A program made the position numbers and the translations under genes. From a virus, in the IMG/VR virus record IMGVR_UViG_3300031787_000064, positions 1 through 64,000 of that record: a DNA stretch of 64,000 nt, one strand, 5' to 3'. Of the stretch, positions 11,401 to 20,382 are shown in pieces (positions within the stretch are counted from its first letter, which is position 1; each line of letters opens with the position of its first letter). The notes beneath the pieces were generated by a model. That model was given only the letters and a program-made list of their open reading frames with translations. It searched no databases and had not been told where the DNA came from.

Positions 11401-12692
11401 ATAAAAACATATTCACTGTTCAAAACGTGTTTAAGTCTCAAGAGACTACTAACATATCTTTGTTTGATTATGATGAAGCTAACCCATATACACAACAGTT
11501 AGCTAACAATCCAGACCTTGAAATATATGAAGGTGGTTGGAGATATCTTCCTATCTTACACAACTTGAGTGGATCAACTAATGCTCAAGTGTTTACATTA
11601 AGAATTCCTGAAAGAACAGAAATTCAACAAGGATCTGGGGTATCTCCGAGTTCTAGTTTCTTAGATCCTAACAACTGGTCACTTTCTTGGTGGGTTGTAG
11701 AAACGCAAATAACGCCAGGGGCGGCATGTGCTGGTGATAGTGATTTTGCATTTTATGTTTCTGCTTCTTATACAGGTCCAGGTGGAACTAATCCAGGCGT
11801 AGTACTCACTCTTTCATCAAATTTAGATATCGCATTTCAAAATTGTGTAGGAACCACACAAACATTTACTATTCCAGTTACAGCAGGAAATACTACTGGA
11901 GTATCTGATCAATATGGACCTACTTTAAGTTTATATTCAAATACCGGAAACGGTTCTGGAAATAGTGGATATTTAGGACCACATTGGCCGACTTTAACTG
12001 GTTGTACAGGAGCATATCCAGATTGTTCTATATCAATAGATTCTATTGGCACTATTAGACCTGGCGGTGGTGGAGGCGGTACTGGTGGCGGTTCAACTAC
12101 ATTCACATTTTATCAAACTGAATTTAGTAGTTCTCAAGCATGTTTATATTTTCTTTCTCAATCTAATGAGGTATTGTTTAATTCCACAATGTCTTACTAT
12201 TACAATAGTAGTAATGGTCCTATTACATTTAAATCAACTTCTGATCCTTTTTGGTCAGGTTCCTCACTTCCACCTGCAATACTTCCATTTACTTTACAAA
12301 CAGGAGACAAAATTTCTTTCTATAATACTTCTTCTCTTGGTTGGGATGAACTATTTGAATATACAATCAAAAGTGTAAGACAGTCTGGAAGTGTAAATAA
12401 TATAACTGGATCGGTTTTACTTGTAGAATTAGATAAGCCAGTTAACTTAGCATTATTTAATTCAGGTTCATCTGTTCCTACAGAGTCTATAACGGGAGCG
12501 CAATTTAGAACTTGTAGATACATAGTATGGAAACACGTACCAGATGAAACAAATGTAATGTTAAGGTACAACCCTAAAGACTCCACTCTAGTTGAAAATG
12601 GTCTACTATTCCCAGAGTACATTGACCCAATAGTTAGAGATAATGCAGGTAATGTAGTCAAAGCCTTGAAACAACAGAACTTGATACAATAA
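8454..12692 (+). CDS. large baseplate/tail structural protein (gp7-like region)
   Basis: 1412 aa; IYHNLPYLLKTKGTERSVKALV..YGIP wedge-like motif; Ser/Thr/Gly-rich. Confidence 0.65.
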   Translation: MELVNITYSGEGRQPVELTPLDQQLVTSNFINSNFGADGDYIELFIYDQQNTLIDVDYDAFDYYPFLLNNPQNNTYSALTLEPEKDLRNRGYNRGNLTIQYNFYKKLFNSQFGTQYWIKEISQTRREIKLASQVLSDAVIRDGFTQYQSYIATKNYYPIFYLNFGNNIVITANNVALTEDEEGSYLLIRLYEPLPTEFDLKTQLWIVDKVAESVSFNVDIQVQVDPTQDVNALRGPNYNVVVNTKNGQTTPYYNYDNLITSPVTSSFQKLLSYYQDRSIDINVDYSNFSNFIHFSNAEERVRNFVYKLQLIESANTDLAAQRSIVGGSGTSTILSSSIDAIQQRIDNIVKNFDLYEYFLYFNSSSWAWPKSSNTQPYALYSVTSSQASNFLGSTTTVPTATTQSLLFSASYYDSTNKDALRNFIPQYLLDDSSNQPYITFVDMIGQHFDNIWLYYKDVSNRYNNTNNPDTGISLDLVSDALRGFGMQLYTNSNVSDNLYYTLFGINEDGSLLPPTGSEVITNYVTSSLTTLPAATIQDEYYKRIYHNLPYLLKTKGTERSVKALVATYGIPESILTVREFGGNPISGTIGVLDMPTSDFKVSIATGSAGIVTGSLELSSSLLSSYTTLQYYTNNDRLNSSNVEIGFSPADVINANISASQGYFDINQLIGAPGYQYSSSYQPLVSASNAYFATYTQPNSIWEYIRLLKFYNNSLFKFVKDFVPARANVSTGIIVKSHLYERNKYPRHEPNISFNDYSQSIDMVSISGSYGDAISGSTYWDGFVTTPLGPASYISSQNIELYNGEFSGSKIVVTSGEAFDQDEPSNLPGTGSGFIQVNLGALYQNVTSSVRSVDLFDLDYSSDQLIPVNYGIVTQSISASQVNNYATYTNPNSPYAQVQDYNYNLERSIIPRYRGSKTISAEYNTESPANQSYGDTAAIDKIKYQYAYLVDIYSGSMFLPNRSNAQIKYIIDNDQNVLDLTKANKNIFTVQNVFKSQETTNISLFDYDEANPYTQQLANNPDLEIYEGGWRYLPILHNLSGSTNAQVFTLRIPERTEIQQGSGVSPSSSFLDPNNWSLSWWVVETQITPGAACAGDSDFAFYVSASYTGPGGTNPGVVLTLSSNLDIAFQNCVGTTQTFTIPVTAGNTTGVSDQYGPTLSLYSNTGNGSGNSGYLGPHWPTLTGCTGAYPDCSISIDSIGTIRPGGGGGGTGGGSTTFTFYQTEFSSSQACLYFLSQSNEVLFNSTMSYYYNSSNGPITFKSTSDPFWSGSSLPPAILPFTLQTGDKISFYNTSSLGWDELFEYTIKSVRQSGSVNNITGSVLLVELDKPVNLALFNSGSSVPTESITGAQFRTCRYIVWKHVPDETNVMLRYNPKDSTLVENGLLFPEYIDPIVRDNAGNVVKALKQQNLIQ

Positions 12693-12707
12693 AAAACCAA
12701 ATTGAAT

Positions 12708-12715
12708 ATATTTAT
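12708..12715 (+). promoter_or_regulatory. putative late promoter ATATTTAT
   Basis: Intergenic octamer upstream of ATG 12733. Confidence 0.55.
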
Positions 12716-12732
12716 TTAAAAGCCACTTTCGT

Positions 12733-13389
12733 ATGTCATATTTAAGTAGTACCTCTGTAGTAGTAGATGCAATCCTTACCAAAAAGGGTCGTGAACTCAT
12801 GGCCCGTAATGACGGTAGTTTCCAGATCACTCAGTTCAGCCTAGCTGACGATGAGATTGATTATACTCTGTACAATCCAAATCACCCTTCTGGATCTGCT
12901 TTCTATGGTGAAGCTATTGAAGCTATGCCAATTCTACAAGCATATCCTAACGATACAGAGATCATGAGATATAAGTTGATCACTCTTCCAAGAGGAACAG
13001 CTAAGATCCCAGTTCTAGATCTAGGATATACTTCAATCACTTTGAAGCAAGGCGCTTCTTTGGCAATTACTCCTCAGACGCTCAACTATCTTGGAGCTAC
13101 TTCAACATTTGAACAATCTGGCTACACTGCTACAATTGGTGATGTTAGAACTATGGCATCTTTCAACGGCGTTGGTATCAATACTCCAGAAGCAACTAGC
13201 TTAAATAGTACAACAACTATAGGAACTAATGTAAGTAAGACAGTTATCGGAACAACTATTAACATAACTGCTACTACAGTTAACACTCTATTTGGTAATA
13301 ACACCGCCTTGTACACAACACTAGTAGTAACAGGCCGTGATTCTGGTGCTAGAATCTCTATTCCTGTAACAATCACAAAAGTAAACTAA
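12733..13389 (+). CDS. virion structural protein
   Basis: DAILTKKGRELMA...FSLADDEIDY motif; Thr-rich; in the tail module. Confidence 0.6.
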   Translation: MSYLSSTSVVVDAILTKKGRELMARNDGSFQITQFSLADDEIDYTLYNPNHPSGSAFYGEAIEAMPILQAYPNDTEIMRYKLITLPRGTAKIPVLDLGYTSITLKQGASLAITPQTLNYLGATSTFEQSGYTATIGDVRTMASFNGVGINTPEATSLNSTTTIGTNVSKTVIGTTINITATTVNTLFGNNTALYTTLVVTGRDSGARISIPVTITKVN

Positions 13390-13396
13390 TTAATAT

Positions 13397-14428
13397 ATGT
13401 CATTTACTAGATTAGATCCATCAGATTTTGTAGTGTCTTCAGACTCAGTTACAGCTCCGGCATGGAGTAATAATGTAACTACGCTTACATCTTTTTTTAC
13501 AGCGTCGGCTGCTAGTACAGGAAGTTATTATCTAGATGTGTATAATGCAGCTGTAACTTCAAATACATCTTCTGTACAATTTTCTATAGCTTATGGACAT
13601 GCGCTAGGATCTGGTTCAGCTCCTTTGAATCCACTAGTTCTACAGAATACACCAACTAGGATTAATTTTGGTCAATATAGAAACTTAATCTACGGAGACG
13701 CTGAATCTGCTGTAAACTTTGGACCAGGAAATACTGCATCAATCAACTTAATTGCAATACCAGTAGATAGAAACAGATATAAAGAGAGCTTGTTCCCAGG
13801 TACATGGAACCTTTCTCTATCTGGATCAGCTGGAATAGTTAAACTAACTGACAATTCTAATGATGTTACTACAGTAAACTATGTAGACGGTGGTCGTGTA
13901 TATTATATAGTATCAGGATCTAATGGTTCAGCAGCTACTGCTCCTTTGATTACTGGAGCTTCTCAAAGAGGCTTTACTGTATCAGGTAGCTACGGTTTAT
14001 TCTTACCAGATCTTGGACTATTTGTTTTAAACCCACTAGCTTTGACTATTAATCAAGCTGGTGGTGGTATTGGATTGAACTTATCTTCTAATACTACTAA
14101 TGCTGCTGCTTCTTTGAATATGACTAATATAGTAACGTCTATAATTCAAGGTGCTAACTTCCAATTAAACTCACAAGAGACTATCTCTTCTGATTATATA
14201 TTTGTAAGAATTAAAAACCAAGATTATAACTACACAACTAATCCATCATTTATCACAGGTTCAGGAACATTGATCTATTCAAACTTTATCAATAGTCCAC
14301 AAACTTTCCCAACCACTGTTGGCCTATACAATGATAATAACGAGTTGTTAGCTGTAGCAAAAATGTCTAAGCCTCTTACAAAAGACTTCACTAAAGAAGC
14401 GCTAATAAGAGTTAAATTAGACTTCTAA
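13397..14428 (+). CDS. virion structural protein (tail/baseplate)
   Basis: C-terminal TTVGLYNDNNELLAVAKMSKP, shared with the next gene and resembling tail-fibre collar domains. Confidence 0.6.
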   Translation: MSFTRLDPSDFVVSSDSVTAPAWSNNVTTLTSFFTASAASTGSYYLDVYNAAVTSNTSSVQFSIAYGHALGSGSAPLNPLVLQNTPTRINFGQYRNLIYGDAESAVNFGPGNTASINLIAIPVDRNRYKESLFPGTWNLSLSGSAGIVKLTDNSNDVTTVNYVDGGRVYYIVSGSNGSAATAPLITGASQRGFTVSGSYGLFLPDLGLFVLNPLALTINQAGGGIGLNLSSNTTNAAASLNMTNIVTSIIQGANFQLNSQETISSDYIFVRIKNQDYNYTTNPSFITGSGTLIYSNFINSPQTFPTTVGLYNDNNELLAVAKMSKPLTKDFTKEALIRVKLDF

Positions 14429-14437
14429 TAAATAAAA

Positions 14438-15331
14438 ATGAGTAGGTCATCAAATACACTGAAGACTTCAGATGTAACCTCTGTACCTATACAAGTAAAA
14501 TATTTTGCTAGTTATAATACAGTGAGCCCAGCTCCTTTATGGTCTAATGTAGGTATTACTTACAAAAGAGGGCTTAATTATACAGGATCTGAATTCTATC
14601 AAATACCTGCAGCATCTACGGAGTCATTTTTAAATTATAAGTCTGTAGAACAGTTATATTATTCCAACTATATATCAGGATCAATTCCAACAACTGCTTC
14701 TTACGCAGATAATTGGTTACAATCAACAGCAGCATCAGGAACATTTGATAACGACTTTAGATACTTTCCTACTGCATCAAATGCAAGTGTTTGGATTGTA
14801 AGTATACCAAGATCAGTATATGGTCAACAAATAGCTAGAAAGAGTTTTTATATGTCTGGTTCTACTGTTGATGGTGTACTATTAAGAAATTGGCAAATTA
14901 CAGACGATGGAAACGGCAACTTAATAGAAGTTGTAACAGGAAGTGTTGTTAATCAAAAAGTAGGAAATTTATTTTATGCTCAAGGAATGGCAGTGATAAC
15001 ATCACAAGCTCCAGAGTTTGGCGCATTAATGTTTGACAACGCATATAATACTAGACTTGATTTGACTTCAGAACTAACAATGTACCAAAATGAAGTTAGG
15101 TGTTTAGTAAATGAAAACGATTTTAATTATACATTGAATCCTAGTGCTATACAATCTGGCACATCAGGATCTTATATCAATGCAATAACAGGATCAGATT
15201 TTGATCCATACACTACTACTATAGGTTTATATAATGACATGAATGAACTACTAGTCGTAGGTAAACTATCTAGACCGTATAGAATGCCACCTAACACAGA
15301 CATGACGTTTATAGTTAGATGGGATTCGTAA
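14438..15331 (+). CDS. virion structural protein, paralogue of the previous gene
   Basis: C-terminal TTIGLYNDMNELLVVGKLSRP; ITDDGNGNL motif. Confidence 0.6.
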   Translation: MSRSSNTLKTSDVTSVPIQVKYFASYNTVSPAPLWSNVGITYKRGLNYTGSEFYQIPAASTESFLNYKSVEQLYYSNYISGSIPTTASYADNWLQSTAASGTFDNDFRYFPTASNASVWIVSIPRSVYGQQIARKSFYMSGSTVDGVLLRNWQITDDGNGNLIEVVTGSVVNQKVGNLFYAQGMAVITSQAPEFGALMFDNAYNTRLDLTSELTMYQNEVRCLVNENDFNYTLNPSAIQSGTSGSYINAITGSDFDPYTTTIGLYNDMNELLVVGKLSRPYRMPPNTDMTFIVRWDS

Positions 15332-15342
15332 AATAAAAACAA

Positions 15343-15804
15343 ATGAGTTACAAAAAGTGGTTATATAAAGATCCAAGTGGATCTACTACGGAGTTTAAGA
15401 CACTAGAGGATTTTCCACCAGACACTTTTGGGTTCGTATATAAAATAACTAATATATGTGACGGCCGTTTCTATATTGGTAGAAAGGTCTTGTACAATAA
15501 TGTGACCAAACCATTGACCAAGAAGGAGATCGCGGAATGGGATAAACCTGGGCGCGTCCCAAAGAAGCGTAAGATACAGAAAGAATCGGATTGGGAGACT
15601 TATTGGGGGAGTAGCAAATTGATCCGTCAAGACTTGAAAGATCTAGGTGAGGATTGCTTCACTAGAGAGATATTGACACTCTGTAAAACGAAGAAGCAAC
15701 TAAGTTACTACGAAGTATATTGGCAGATGCACTTGAGAGTTCTTGCCATAGAATCATACAACGATAATATACAAGGAAGGTTCTATAGAAAGGATCTAGA
15801 ATAA
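15343..15804 (+). CDS. GIY-YIG (Seg-like) endonuclease family protein
   Basis: GFVYKITNICDGRFYIGRK...YWGSS...FTREIL...YNDNI. Confidence 0.75.
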   Translation: MSYKKWLYKDPSGSTTEFKTLEDFPPDTFGFVYKITNICDGRFYIGRKVLYNNVTKPLTKKEIAEWDKPGRVPKKRKIQKESDWETYWGSSKLIRQDLKDLGEDCFTREILTLCKTKKQLSYYEVYWQMHLRVLAIESYNDNIQGRFYRKDLE

Positions 15805-15831
15805 AAAAACCCCAACGATTAAGTTGAGGTT
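15803..15831 (-). terminator. intrinsic terminator at the convergence of + and - transcription
   Basis: AACCUCAAC-uuaauc-GUUGGGGUU followed by a U-tract on the minus strand. Confidence 0.65.
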
Positions 15832-15860
15832 AATTTATGCATGGGATTTAAGGGGTATTT

Positions 15861-16844
15861 TTACATTTCAACTCCAGAGGAGGAAACAGTTACTTCTTCT
15901 TCGAAAGGTTCACCTGCTTGTTGATCTGCTCCATAGGCAGCATTGTCAGCAGCTGTTACATTATCACCATCTTCAGCTATAGTAAAGTCTGTAGCAAAGA
16001 AGTCAACAATGTCCATTGGATCAAACCCATCATCAACAAGGTCTTTAACAGCTTGTTTAGTTATTGAGCTAGTAGAAAGCATATTGAAGATAGACTTGTC
16101 AGATATCATCATATCTCTAGCTTTATCTACTGCATTCTTAATTTTAGGAAGTTGAGCTTCTAATGTTCTATCAATAAGCCCCATCATACGATCAAACTTC
16201 TCTTGTTCAGCACTAAAAGCTTCTTTTATTTGTGGAGTGTTTGTTATAGTTAGTGTAATATAGTCATCTGTACTATCCCACCTATCAATAAAGTCTTTAA
16301 GATACTTTTCTTGCTCAGGAGTCTTTTCAATAGAATCGTCATAAAGAAGTTCATCAGCACTCATTTCAGGAAGATTATTTTGCTTCGTCCACTCTTGATA
16401 CTCTTGTGATAGTTCATCAGTTACAGTATTGTCTACAATATCAATATCAATAGTAGCATTTTTAAGTCTATCATTAATTATGTCAACAATATCTTCAATA
16501 GGAGCTAGTCTAAATTCATCGTCTTCCTCTTGTGATTTTACAACATCTTCATCATCAGAAATATTATCAAGAATCCACTCATAAGCGTCTTCACTAGATT
16601 CAGGATCAGATAGATCAAATTTCTTCTTAACTTGGCCATCTACAGCTTCTTCTACAGGAGCAACTTGATCATACTCACTACCCATACCATCAAGGTGTGG
16701 ATCAGGTCCTTTGTAAGGAATTTCAGTATCTAACTGCTCTTCTGATTCTTCTTTTAGAGGATTCAGATCAACATAAGGTTGGAACATACTAAATGGACCT
16801 TGATAGTTTTCTTTAAGGTATTTAGCGAGGTTAAAGTCTTTCAT
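15861..16844 (-). CDS. very acidic late protein, candidate internal head/core protein
   Basis: N-terminus MKDFNLAKYLKE; D/E-rich; several hydrophobic-x-E motifs. Confidence 0.65.
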   Translation of the reverse strand: MKDFNLAKYLKENYQGPFSMFQPYVDLNPLKEESEEQLDTEIPYKGPDPHLDGMGSEYDQVAPVEEAVDGQVKKKFDLSDPESSEDAYEWILDNISDDEDVVKSQEEDDEFRLAPIEDIVDIINDRLKNATIDIDIVDNTVTDELSQEYQEWTKQNNLPEMSADELLYDDSIEKTPEQEKYLKDFIDRWDSTDDYITLTITNTPQIKEAFSAEQEKFDRMMGLIDRTLEAQLPKIKNAVDKARDMMISDKSIFNMLSTSSITKQAVKDLVDDGFDPMDIVDFFATDFTIAEDGDNVTAADNAAYGADQQAGEPFEEEVTVSSSGVEM

Positions 16845-16855
16845 GTGATTATTTT

Positions 16856-17152
16856 TTATTTCATGTTTTTTGCTGCTTTTATCACCGCTCTTACATAGTG
16901 AAGTATGTCTCCTTCAGAATATCCACCTCTAACTAAACTAACTACAGCGTTTTTAATACGAGGACCTTGATATCCACCGAATACATCGTATCCCGGCTTA
17001 TCATCTATACCTGGAAGTTCATACTTTTTATCATAAGGATCATTTCCAGTATACTGGTTACTTTCTTGCGTTTGTCCAAATTTATCTGAATCATAGGACT
17101 CGCGCATCAAAGTTTTATTGCGTAAATATGCTTTTAAATTAAAATCTTTCAC
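16856..17152 (-). CDS. hypothetical late protein (probable GTG start)
   Basis: VKDFNLKAYLRN matches the N-terminus of the neighbouring gene, so the start is reassigned to 17152. Confidence 0.6.
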   Translation of the reverse strand: MKDFNLKAYLRNKTLMRESYDSDKFGQTQESNQYTGNDPYDKKYELPGIDDKPGYDVFGGYQGPRIKNAVVSLVRGGYSEGDILHYVRAVIKAAKNMK

Positions 17153-17156
17153 GCGA

Positions 17157-17417
17157 TTATTTTTTAATGCCTGCGGCTCTTTGTAATTGTGCAACTTCTT
17201 CCATTTGCTCAGTAGAATCTTCTATAACGTCAGCTCCATACATACCTCCAGGACCAAATCCAAAGTCAGTAGGATTTTCGATCTTAGCTAGATATACTGT
17301 ATCTTCTTCAAAAGCATCCTCTTTAAACTTATCAAAAACTTTTCTAGCAGCTTCTTCAGTAGCATGAATGGAGTATCTATTATCTCCATCAGGATTTGCA
17401 TGTATTACAATGAACAT
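17157..17417 (-). CDS. hypothetical late protein
   Basis: 86 aa; ATATTTAT at 17440-17447; ends QLQRAAGIKK. Confidence 0.65.
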   Translation of the reverse strand: MFIVIHANPDGDNRYSIHATEEAARKVFDKFKEDAFEEDTVYLAKIENPTDFGFGPGGMYGADVIEDSTEQMEEVAQLQRAAGIKK

Positions 17418-17452
17418 AATTAAATAAATTTATACACTAATAAATATCGATC

Positions 17453-17734
17453 TTACTTAAATAAACCTTTGATACCGATCCATAGAAGTGTGATAGGAGT
17501 TATGATAATAGCAGATATAAGACCACTAAATGCAAGAACAAGTCCTATACAAAGAAACAATCCTATAGAGGTACCAATCACTTGAGCAGATAATTCACTA
17601 TTGAAAGGTAGTATTGCTATACCTAGAAAGAACAGTCCAAGCAAGATCAAAAATATATACAATACCTTTTCAACAAATTTGACTAGTAAGAAAGAAACTA
17701 CCAGTGATAATATGATTAATGAAGTAATTAGCAT
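17453..17734 (-). CDS. small membrane protein
   Basis: Almost entirely hydrophobic 93-aa ORF. Confidence 0.6.
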   Translation of the reverse strand: MLITSLIILSLVVSFLLVKFVEKVLYIFLILLGLFFLGIAILPFNSELSAQVIGTSIGLFLCIGLVLAFSGLISAIIITPITLLWIGIKGLFK

Positions 17735-17783
17735 AAAAAAGGATTTTTTCCGTTAGAGGGCCTATTTTACAATATATACAAAT

Positions 17784-18296
17784 TTATTTACCGAAGTCTT
17801 TAGGAGTCACAGTAAGCTTGTCACCTATTTCTTTGATAACTTTTATGGCAGTATTAGAATCAATTTCAAAGCCTTCACGTTTTGGGTTGACACGGTAGCC
17901 TAGGTCTTCAAGGTGTTTGTGCACAGCCTTTTCTAAAACAAGGCTATTGATGCACTTGTATTTGAATACAGCGAACCAAGGAGTAATAACTCCTGTTGCA
18001 CTATTGATTTCTTTCACACGTTGAGGGACAGACGTAGTAGTCATACCGATCTTACAAATACCAGGCATACTCTTATTGACTAATACATATACCCATTCTG
18101 GCTTCTTTGGGCTAAGGCTAGGATCAAGGATACCTTCACCATAATAGGTAACGTCTTGCCAACCAGGCTCACCAGAATCGGTCAGGGTAAAGGCCACGGC
18201 CTTTTCCATCTTACGAGGGTCGTCACCTGTTAACTTGACGTAGAAGTGGGTCTCGTTAGCAGTTATTCTTATCATAGATAACGCCAGTTTCGTCAA
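17784..18296 (-). CDS. T5orf172 (GIY-YIG superfamily) domain protein
   Basis: WVYVLVNKSMPGICKIGMT...RVKEINSATGV...LEKAVHKHL...REGFE; true start may be slightly downstream. Confidence 0.8.
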   Translation of the reverse strand: MTKLALSMIRITANETHFYVKLTGDDPRKMEKAVAFTLTDSGEPGWQDVTYYGEGILDPSLSPKKPEWVYVLVNKSMPGICKIGMTTTSVPQRVKEINSATGVITPWFAVFKYKCINSLVLEKAVHKHLEDLGYRVNPKREGFEIDSNTAIKVIKEIGDKLTVTPKDFGK

Positions 18297-18495
18297 ATAC
18301 TTTAACTACAGGGTTTTTGGTACAACACTCTTTAGCTACTACGGCCAAAGCATATTGTTTAGGATACTTGACCAATTTATGAGTAGTAGTATAAGTACCA
18401 TCTTTAAATAAGAATGTAAGTCTACTACCACCAGGCTTACGTGTTAATGGATGAACCTGGAAATTTACGGATTTACTTTTTTGGAAGAATTGCAT
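18256..18495 (-). CDS. hypothetical protein
   Basis: ORF on the coding strand of the region. Confidence 0.45.
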   Translation of the reverse strand: MQFFQKSKSVNFQVHPLTRKPGGSRLTFLFKDGTYTTTHKLVKYPKQYALAVVAKECCTKNPVVKVFDETGVIYDKNNC

Positions 18496-18554
18496 ATTTC
18501 TGAAAGTTTAGATTTTAGTTTTTACGATTTTTTAGTAAATTTCTGTATACGGAT

Positions 18555-18764
18555 TTATAAGTTTACTTTATTAACTACCTTTTTTTTGGTCTTAGGCTTC
18601 TTGAGTCTATCAAGGCTAGATATAGCAGTCTCTAATGAAGCAAATACATTAGGGTACGTTGAATTGTATATATTAGCATCTATCCATATAAGACCTAGGA
18701 GTTTAACCTGTACTTCGTACCACTTATAGGTACCTTTTGTTACTTCGAGGATTCTGGTTGTCAT
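18555..18764 (-). CDS. hypothetical protein
   Basis: 69-aa ORF with YEVQVKLLGLIW motif. Confidence 0.6.
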   Translation of the reverse strand: MTTRILEVTKGTYKWYEVQVKLLGLIWIDANIYNSTYPNVFASLETAISSLDRLKKPKTKKKVVNKVNL

Positions 18765-18766
18765 AT

Positions 18767-18949
18767 TTAAAACTTTTTTGCATGATTATAAAATGAATGG
18801 CCAATTGCCAATAGAGATACTAAGGCTATCAACTTGACTTGTACCATATAAGAATACTGATCTATCAATAACACTATGAATGAAATTCCTAATAGGCACA
18901 AGATAACGATACATGCTACGACGAATGCTTCTATGTTAAAACCTTTCAT
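18767..18949 (-). CDS. small membrane protein
   Basis: Two hydrophobic stretches. Confidence 0.55.
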   Translation of the reverse strand: MKGFNIEAFVVACIVILCLLGISFIVLLIDQYSYMVQVKLIALVSLLAIGHSFYNHAKKF

Positions 18950-19069
18950 GTTATTTACGTATTTACAAATTAGATAAGATTGGAAAATTCCCGGGTGTTA
19001 GTGGCCAGTCAACGCGGGCCTCCCTGCTAGGGGCCCCCTATCTACCACAATTAGCCCTTTTGTGGAGCG

Positions 19070-19119
19070 CTAGCAAGGTGCTAACATGATGCTAACACCC
19101 TACTAACATACCACTAGCA
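19070..19119 (+). repeat. five CTARCA hexamers at exact 11-bp period
   Basis: Copies start at 19070, 19081, 19092, 19103 and 19114; preceded by a GC-rich tract with two inverted copies (18996, 19025). Confidence 0.8.
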
Positions 19120-19121
19120 GC

Positions 19122-19937
19122 TTAGTGCGCGTAAGCGTCAGCCAACTGCCAAAGATCTTGGTTCAACGTAAAGTCTTCAATAGGGTTCTTGATAGCCCTA
19201 GCTTGACGGTTATTCAGTTGAAAGCCACCTTTGATCAGGTTCTCTTGAACCACGTTATAGGTCTTCCATAAGGTATTGCCTTCATCAGCCTTACGCTTAG
19301 GGTTCAACATATCTAAGATCTCATACTGTTCAGGCTTTCTATCTGTAGACAGTCTTAATGCCAATGCTTCTACAGCAAAGTTATATCTGTCTTTATCTGA
19401 CATTTCTTTCATATTCCATTGACTGATCTTACTAACCACGTTCTTAAGACCATCTACCTTTTGGCTGATCAGGTCTTTAACACCTTGGAAAGACAGCTTA
19501 GTGTGACGCTCTCTAAACGATCCCATGTCTTGGTCTTTGATCACCAGACCATTCTCACATACAAGACGGAATAGACCCATCTCAAATTGAATAGGACGTG
19601 TACCGTCATGAGAGTTAATCAATACAACCTCAGGCCTTGCTTCAACGTCTCCTTCAGGGTTCTTGATAAACAGTTCAGGGTGTTGGAACTTAACGATATG
19701 GATACCCCAGTTCTTACGTAGGTCTACGTTAGATGAGGATTGGCGTACACCTGTCAAGGCATAGCCCATGTCCTTCATATAGTCAACGACTTCGAAGGTC
19801 GGGGTGAATGAGTACTTAGGACTCTTGATTGTTGGAGCAGGACTAGTTGCAAAGATAGCCGGAGCTGTACGCTTTGCTTCGTCCATAGAGATAGAGGTAA
19901 TAATACCTTGCTTGAAGTTGTTTCCTGATTTTGACAT
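19122..19937 (-). CDS. DUF932 (DUF945) domain protein
   Basis: APAIFA...VVLINSHDGT...GLFRLVCENGLV...LWKTYNVVQENLIKGG...LNQDLW. Confidence 0.85.
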   Translation of the reverse strand: MSKSGNNFKQGIITSISMDEAKRTAPAIFATSPAPTIKSPKYSFTPTFEVVDYMKDMGYALTGVRQSSSNVDLRKNWGIHIVKFQHPELFIKNPEGDVEARPEVVLINSHDGTRPIQFEMGLFRLVCENGLVIKDQDMGSFRERHTKLSFQGVKDLISQKVDGLKNVVSKISQWNMKEMSDKDRYNFAVEALALRLSTDRKPEQYEILDMLNPKRKADEGNTLWKTYNVVQENLIKGGFQLNNRQARAIKNPIEDFTLNQDLWQLADAYAH

Positions 19938-20019
19938 AACCTTTATTTTTATTTGATTAAATTTAAGACAATTACTTGATGTTAAAAAATTAAACTTTTA
20001 AGTGAACAGTATGAATGAT

Positions 20020-20047
20020 AAAGCCCAGAGTAAATACTCCAGGCTTT
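20020..20047 (-). terminator. hairpin/terminator downstream of the HTH gene
   Basis: 12-bp stem AAAGCCUGGAGU/ACUCUGGGCUUU with an AUUU loop. Confidence 0.55.
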
Positions 20048-20070
20048 GACCAATCATTGGTTGGATCTAA

Positions 20071-20307
20071 TTAGAAGCTAGAAAGCTTAACGGCGTTAGA
20101 TACACGACCACGAGTCATATCGTAGGCTTCGTTCACGATACGCTCATTGAAATACTTACCACTAATAACGTCAGAAACGTGAGTAGTAGAGAAGCCAGTG
20201 GTGTCGGCAACACGAGTGATGTCACCATTACGGAGTTTGCGATTGATGCGGCTAACTTTCTGAGTGTAGCTGAGTTTAGCATAGCTGCTAGGGCGGTTAC
20301 TGTTCAT
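20071..20307 (-). CDS. small HTH DNA-binding protein
   Basis: DITRVADTTGFSTTHVSDVISGK helix-turn-helix pattern. Confidence 0.7.
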   Translation of the reverse strand: MNSNRPSSYAKLSYTQKVSRINRKLRNGDITRVADTTGFSTTHVSDVISGKYFNERIVNEAYDMTRGRVSNAVKLSSF

Positions 20308-20382
20308 AACTGTTTGTTTTTGTTTTTAATTGTTTAACAATATAAATATAAGACTATTTTACGAACCTGGTACAGTGGATCT

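Noticed and set aside
217-13376. Antisense ORFs in the structural region (e.g. 217..471, 663..929, 1158..1406, 12320..12700)
   Set aside because: They are shadows fully overlapping well-supported + strand genes and have no recognisable motifs.
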